A stretch of 64,000 nucleotides of DNA from Macrostomum lignano (lineage: Eukaryota), in the NCBI GenBank assembly GCA_002269645.1, contig NIVC01001039.1, positions 62,001-126,000 on the forward strand, written 5' to 3'. A program made the position numbers and the translations under genes. Under the pieces are notes generated by a model, which did no database searches, was not told where the DNA came from, and saw nothing but the letters and a program-made list of their open reading frames with translations. The number at the start of each line of letters is the position of its first letter. The stretch's first letter is position 1. This document shows positions 59,001-64,000 of this stretch, piece by piece.

Positions 59001-60453
59001 TGTTTTTACGAGCTTGCGCGGCTGATCGAATTATAATTTCCAAGCGTTTTATGAAATTTTTAGAGAGCCTATTTGCTAAGAATATAAAGCTAGAATTTTA
59101 TGATTGCTTTCATGCCTCCTACACGCAGCACGTTAAACTTTTTATGCTCTATTAGAATACGTTTCTACCTAAAAAGATCGCTGCTCCTCAGCTGCCCCAG
59201 TTCCTACCTGCCCCAGTACCCACCTACCCCAGTTCCCACCTGACCTAGTTCCTATCTGACCCAGTTCCCACATGAACCAGTTCCCATCTGACCTAGTTCC
59301 TACCTGCCCCAGTTCCCACCTGCCCCATTTCCCACCTGCCCCAGTTCCCACCTGACCCAGTTCCCACCTGCCCTAGTTCCTACCTGACCCAGTTCCCACA
59401 TGACCCAGTTCCCACCTGACCCAGTTCCTACCTGCCCCTTCCCACCTGCCCCAGTTCCCACCTGACCCAGTTCCCACCTGACCCATTTCCCACCTGCCCC
59501 AGTTCCCACCTGACCCAGTTCCCACCTGCCCTAGTTCCTACCTGACCCAGTTCCCACATGACCCAGTTCCCACCTGACTCAGTTCCCACCTGCCCTAGTT
59601 CCTACAAGACCCAGTTCCCACATGACCCAGTTCCCACCTGACACAGTTCCCACCTGACCTAGTTCCTACCTGCCCCAGTTCCCACCTGACCCAGTTCCCA
59701 CCTGACCCAGTTCCCATCTGACCCAGTTCCCACCTGCCCAAGATCCCACCTGACCCAGTTCCCTATCAGACATCAATGTTAAGATTTACTATCCAGTAAT
59801 GTGTTCTATTGCAATCTTACAGCAGCTTCACTATTTTATAATCCCCATTGCCTCAGCAATGATATTTTCGTGTATATTTTTAACTTACTACTAACAGTAA
59901 ATACGCGAGAATGTTTTCCCAATGCGAATTCAGTGAGTTTTTTAACAGGCTTCATTTAAAGCTGCCAGCTCAAAAGTTCGTCTAAGAGTGATTTAATTCT
60001 TTTATTCGTCAGCTTCTCTAGCGGCTCTGTTTCCATGGTTGTTACAAGTAATAGATTGGGTCGTTAGCTCATTTCAAAAAGATAAAAAATTTTAAATTCG
60101 ACAGGCTAAGTGCAAAGGACGTTTATTGGATTTCAATTAGCAGTTTCGCTAATGCACGAATCACGAGCCTTTAAAAGGGGGTTTTCTAAACTCTATTCCA
60201 TTTCTCAACTGATTGAGTACATCAGGCATCCATAACATAATTTTCAGACGATGAAGATAAACTCGCTGCAGCTGCTGATGAGCGGCCACGCTCGCCACCG
60301 CCGCCGCCTCCAAGGCGTTGGCAACTGCCGCCGCGGACGCCCTCGCCGCCGTCGGTATTCAAAGACGCTGACAGCGGGAGCGCCGCTGCTGCCCGAGCTC
60401 TGACACCGTCGCCAACTACGCACGAGCTGCTCATGCCTGTGCCGGACTCCTGA
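53040..60453 (+). CDS. RGS12: RGS12/loco-like protein; exons 53040-53387 (PDZ), 54031-55031 (PTB, apparent frameshift), 55723-56103 and 56890-57229 (RGS), 57625-58194 (two Ras-binding domains), terminal exon 58504-58640 or 60248-60453
   Basis: PDZ [75 protein letters not shown]...FDKAQRHIYDLMRMDSYARFLKS; RBD LFRLELP...VGVRARPAKSLRDVLRPV. Junctions are phase-consistent. The start exon was not identified. Confidence 0.85.
53480..53760. repeat. Degenerate G-rich intronic repeat (gggaatttaaagggtgtg)
   Basis: ~20-bp tandem units. Confidence 0.85.
55070..55480. repeat. Intronic minisatellite, ~15-16 bp (tagctgggattcccc)
   Basis: Tandem array. Confidence 0.9.
56125..56720. repeat. Intronic minisatellite, 21 bp (gatagttgggatcgggacttc)
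   Basis: Tandem array upstream of the second RGS exon. Confidence 0.95.
57255..57480. repeat. Intronic minisatellite, 19-21 bp (agagtcctgatccctactctc), reverse complement of the 56.1-56.7 kb unit
   Basis: Reverse complement GAGAGTAGGGATCAGGACTCT versus upstream GATAGTTGGGATCAGGACTTT: 18 of 21 identical. Confidence 0.9.
58670..58850. repeat. Tandem repeat, ~49 bp, about 3.5 copies
   Basis: ctctcattggctgatacccgtgcttgcacccacctcacttcgtagtcgt repeated. Confidence 0.9.
59190..59765. repeat. Minisatellite, 16 bp (cccagttcccacctga)
   Basis: Tandem array. Confidence 0.95.
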
Positions 60454-60495
60454 ACTCTACTGGGTTTCGGGGCACTTTTATTGGGCTACGAGTAC

Positions 60496-60978
60496 TTTAT
60501 TAGAGGCAGGGGGCTGTATGCAACCTGGCGCACTGTGAGCGACAATGTAAAAAACTTTTACCTAAACACAATGACAAGTCAAAACGGTCATTATTACACC
60601 ATTCGGTGACTCCACTGGCAGATTTTTCTAATTGATAAAAGCAGGCATACTGCTATGATTTTAAATTAAACTAATTAAAAATTTATGACTAAGATATAGA
60701 CTCGCCTATTCTCTTATCTGATTTTCAGTTCAACTGTCCCTCGCCACACGTAATCAATGTACATCATACTCTCTACGCAAATGACCAATCAGTTCACCCA
60801 CCCCATTCCTCGTCCAATCAAATCAAATTACACAATCACACAGGAGTGTACAGCGGCCCTGACTTCATTAGTCATTAGACATGTACACTTCACTGTGCCT
60901 TGGGAGCAGAGCCAAGCTGAGATTCCAATTTAGACCCAAATTAATTTAAACTGCACTTGGAATCGAGCCTGGGCCACG
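60496..60978 (-). mobile_element. tRNA-derived SINE, second copy (5'-truncated, longer middle)
   Basis: B box ggaatcgagcc at 60959-69 (plus strand); shares agccaagctgagattccaatt, gtacacttcactg and tttattagaggcaggggg with 50973-51322. Confidence 0.75.
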
Positions 60979-61347
60979 GCCCTCTTCTATTGGGCCAAGT
61001 GATTTATTGCATTTTTGTTAATATAATGCAGCACTTCTACTTTGCCAATTGTTTATCTGTGATCTACTTAATATTTTACTCTTGTTTTAAGCTGCCTTTA
61101 AAAACAGTTATTGGCTAATTTTGCCGTTTTGTCATATCATTATACTAATAGTAGTAACAGACAGGTGCTGTTTCTCTGTTTTTTGGTATATATATTTAAT
61201 AAATCTTTGTGAGTAAAAAGTGTCTGGCGTTCGAGTAATTATGTATGGGCTTATTTTGCTCTTTTAAATCATTTGCAATTGCATGAGATTTCCTGCATAC
61301 AGTCTAGTTAACAGTAATGGGACCGATTGCCAAACGAGTTGACAGCC

Positions 61348-62504
61348 CTACTGTCTGCAGCTGATGGCGGCCAGGGCGGCGGCTGGCAGCAGCAACCAGG
61401 AGAGGCCGGGCAGTCGCTCAGCGGAGTTGCACAGGTTTCCTTGGCAACAGTGCTGCCCGTTGCCACTGGAGTCTATGGCCTGAAGGCAGGCGCTGAGGCA
61501 CTGGCGGCTGACCAAGCTCGACACTTTGCTTTTCTGGAATTGGAGTTTCCGCGTCACAATTTTGTCTTTTCTTGCAATGCTGCGCTGATCACAAACTTAT
61601 CATCAGCAGAAGTATTCACATTATTTATTTCTTTGGACAGTTAAATTGGGACTCGTTAAACGCTTTTGACAAGATGAAATTTGTTTTCTCCGACTCAGCG
61701 CGATCGGCTTCCTCTCTCTCTCTCTCTCTCCCACTTTCTCTCTCTCGCTCTCGCTCTCTCTCCCACTTTCTCTCTCTCTCTCTCTTTCTCTATCTCTCTC
61801 TCTCTCCCTCTCTCTCCCTCTCTCTCCCCCTCTCTCTCTTTCTCTCTCTCTCTCCCTCTCTCTATCTCTATCTCTATCTCTATCTCTATCTATCTCTCTA
61901 TATCTCTCTCCCTCTCTCTTCAGTCATTTTTTAACGTGTCAGCGTCCGAGATTGGAGGTGCCTTCCTGTCCCCCCCTCTCTCTCTCTCCCTCTCTCTCAC
62001 TCTCTTTCTGTCTCACGCTCCCTCTCTCTCTTTGTTTCTCTCTCTTTAAAATTTATTATTTATTTAAATTCGAAATTTCGGAGAAACATTAACTAAATTG
62101 ACTTATCAGTCTTTTTTCAACGTGTCAGCGCCCAAGATTGGAGGTGCCCTCCTCTCTTCCCATTTCCCTCTCTCTCGGTCTCTCCCCTCTCTCCCTGTTC
62201 GGGCACAACATTAAAAAATGCCTCTTGTAGGTTTCCCCCTTGTTAGTTCCTCAGGTCATAAAAGAGAGCAAGCACTCACTCCGCAGTAGGTGCAGTTGGT
62301 CGCTGTGGACACTTCGCTCATTTTGAAAGTCTCGCTGCACAGCGTGCAGGTGTAGCAATTGATGGCCTCGGCAGTCAGCATGAAGGCTATGAGGAAGTTT
62401 GGTTGGTTAGTCGGTTTTATCGGATTTCATCGCGAAATTCCCGGTGTCCCCCAGCTCTGTCTCTTACCCCCGAGCAGCAGCAGGAGAACCAGTCCGAGTC
62501 GCAT
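61348..62504 (-). CDS. Ly6/uPAR (three-finger) GPI-anchored protein, 109 aa; exons 62504-62468, 62386-62280, 61533-61348
   Basis: Spliced product MRLGLVLLLLLGAFMLTAEA-INCYTCTLCSETFKMSEVSTATNCTYCGKSKVSSLVSRQCLSACLQAIDSSGNGQHCCQGNLCN-SAERLPGLSWLLLPAAALAAISCRQ: signal peptide, 10 Cys, CCxxxxCN and hydrophobic tail. GTAAGA and GTGAGT donors, CTAAC branch point, consistent phases. Confidence 0.9.
61710..62190. repeat. (CT)n microsatellite blocks with a duplicated ~50-bp spacer
   Basis: CT runs; aacgtgtcagcg.cc.agattggaggtgcc at ~61932 and ~62119; inside Ly6 intron 2. Confidence 0.9.
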
Positions 62505-62874
62505 TGTGCTTGCGGATCTGTGTTTAGATTTGGCAGCTCTTCGGAAAGTCTTCAGGATTGTGAACTTTGTTAGAATAGCAGGAACCGGAGCGCCTCCTCG
62601 TATATACACGAGGTTTGGCTCTGGGCGTGGCTGTGGAACTGCGCGTGCAAGCAGCTAGTGTGTGAAATTGTCCGCTGAGAACTGTGGGTGAAGTCTGCGA
62701 AAAACTCAACTCGATGTGAATTCCCCACGGTCCACTTTCCACGGTTGTACCATTTAATTGGCTATTATGCACGGTTTCTGCATGGGCGTAGTCGGCTTTC
62801 TTTAATGTGTGGTTGCCAGCAATATGGGACCCCAGCAACCTAGAGCGACAGTAACGGCAACCGCCAGAACCGAG

Positions 62875-63365
62875 GGGCGCCGGTAATGAGCGCCAGAATT
62901 GAGGGGTGCCAGTAATGACCGCTAAAATCTTGGGGTGACATCGTAATGAGCGCTAGAATCGAAGGGGCGCCAGTAATGAGCGCCAGAATATTGAGGCACC
63001 AGTAATGAGTACTAGAATCTTGGGGCGCCAGTAATGAGTACTAGAATCTTGGGGCGCCAGTAATGAGTGCCAGAATCTTAGGGCGCCAGTAATGAGTACT
63101 AGAATCTTGGGGCGCCAGTAATGAGTACTAGAATCTTGGGGCGCCAGTAATGAGTACTAGAATCTTGGGGCGCCAGTAATGAGTACTAGAATCTTGGGGC
63201 GCCAGTAATGAGTACTAGAATCTTGGGGCGCCAGTAATGAGCGCCAGAATCTTAGGGCGCCAGTATAGAGAGCGCTATAGAATCTTGGGGCGCCAGTAAT
63301 GAGTGCCAGAATCTTAGGGCGCCAACTAGTAATGAGTGCCAGAATCTTGGGGCGCCAGTAGTGAG
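62875..63365. repeat. Minisatellite, 29 bp (ggggcgccagtaatgagtactagaatctt)
   Basis: Tandem array, degenerate at the left end. Confidence 0.95.
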
Positions 63366-64000
63366 CGCCATAATTGCACCAAGGAGAAATTGTGTGCATA
63401 TTTGTATAACATTTCGTAAAACAGTTCTCCTCCTAAGCCCAGACCTCTGAGTCTGCTCTGAGGCTAACACCGTCCTCCCAGCCGACCCACTGAGCCCGGT
63501 AGGATCTGCTGACTATTAATTAGTCTACATGTAAAATCGCAAATCTGCCTGAAGTGCTGTGTTCTCTCTTCTTTGTTATTTCTTTCCGACGGGATCCTCA
63601 CCTCACCGAAGGCTGAGACCCGAAGTGACTGGTGACAGCACTACCAACGCTACTGAGAAGGCTTCCGATTGCAGAAGACGGAGAGCCTACAACACTGTGC
63701 TAGCGCAGCCAGAGAAGCACAGGTACAATATTTGGTGCCAGCGGTGGGATACTGAAGGCCTAACAAACCACCCAAGCGCAAATCAAATACAACAAAAGAG
63801 AAAATAGCCGTGTTCTGATAGGCTTAAATTAGTGTATAAATGGGGCGAAACCATCCTTTAACGCGATAATGTACGCGACCTTACTATTAGTAGCTAAGTA
63901 TGTATAAAAAGTCATATTTTTGTCATCAGGCCCGATTTTTATTTCATTATCATTCATTGTTATAATAAAATCTTAATTGATTTGCCTCTGAGATGGAAAA

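Noticed and set aside
63559-63807. Second Ly6-like CC...CN pattern or a further exon on the minus strand
   Set aside because: Spacing is non-canonical, a stop follows immediately with no GPI tail, and the window ends before context is available.

Overview
Eukaryotic (animal) genomic DNA. GC-rich exons are separated by introns packed with 15-50 bp minisatellites, a layout I associate with the flatworm Macrostomum lignano; the species call is inference only. Host genes that can be supported: the 3' part of a REPS1/2-like EH-domain gene, a solitary stem-loop-type histone H3 with two unusual substitutions, an orphan intronless ORF, a 13-14 exon LRRC71-like gene, an RGS12/loco-like gene (PDZ-PTB-RGS-2xRBD) and a 3-exon Ly6/uPAR GPI-anchored gene. 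The standout is a young ~5.3 kb TIR DNA transposon (8660-13963) of the PIF/Harbinger-ISL2EU-Spy (PHIS) group. Its reading frame, once two 1-nt shifts are corrected, joins a zinc finger, an HTH, a DDE transposase, a degenerate SWIM-like region and a complete USP-type (peptidase C19) deubiquitinase domain with intact Cys/His/Asp motifs. The element sits in an AAA|TTT site without a target-site duplication, and its left TIR has been amplified into a higher-order tandem array. Also present: a non-autonomous CACTA-like element, two MITEs with 8-bp TSDs (one inserted on a putative splice donor), a Tc1-like relic, a tRNA-derived SINE family, multi-kb CpG-free tracts, and inverted minisatellite arrays flanking an RGS exon. 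All coordinates were read by eye; no database searches were run.
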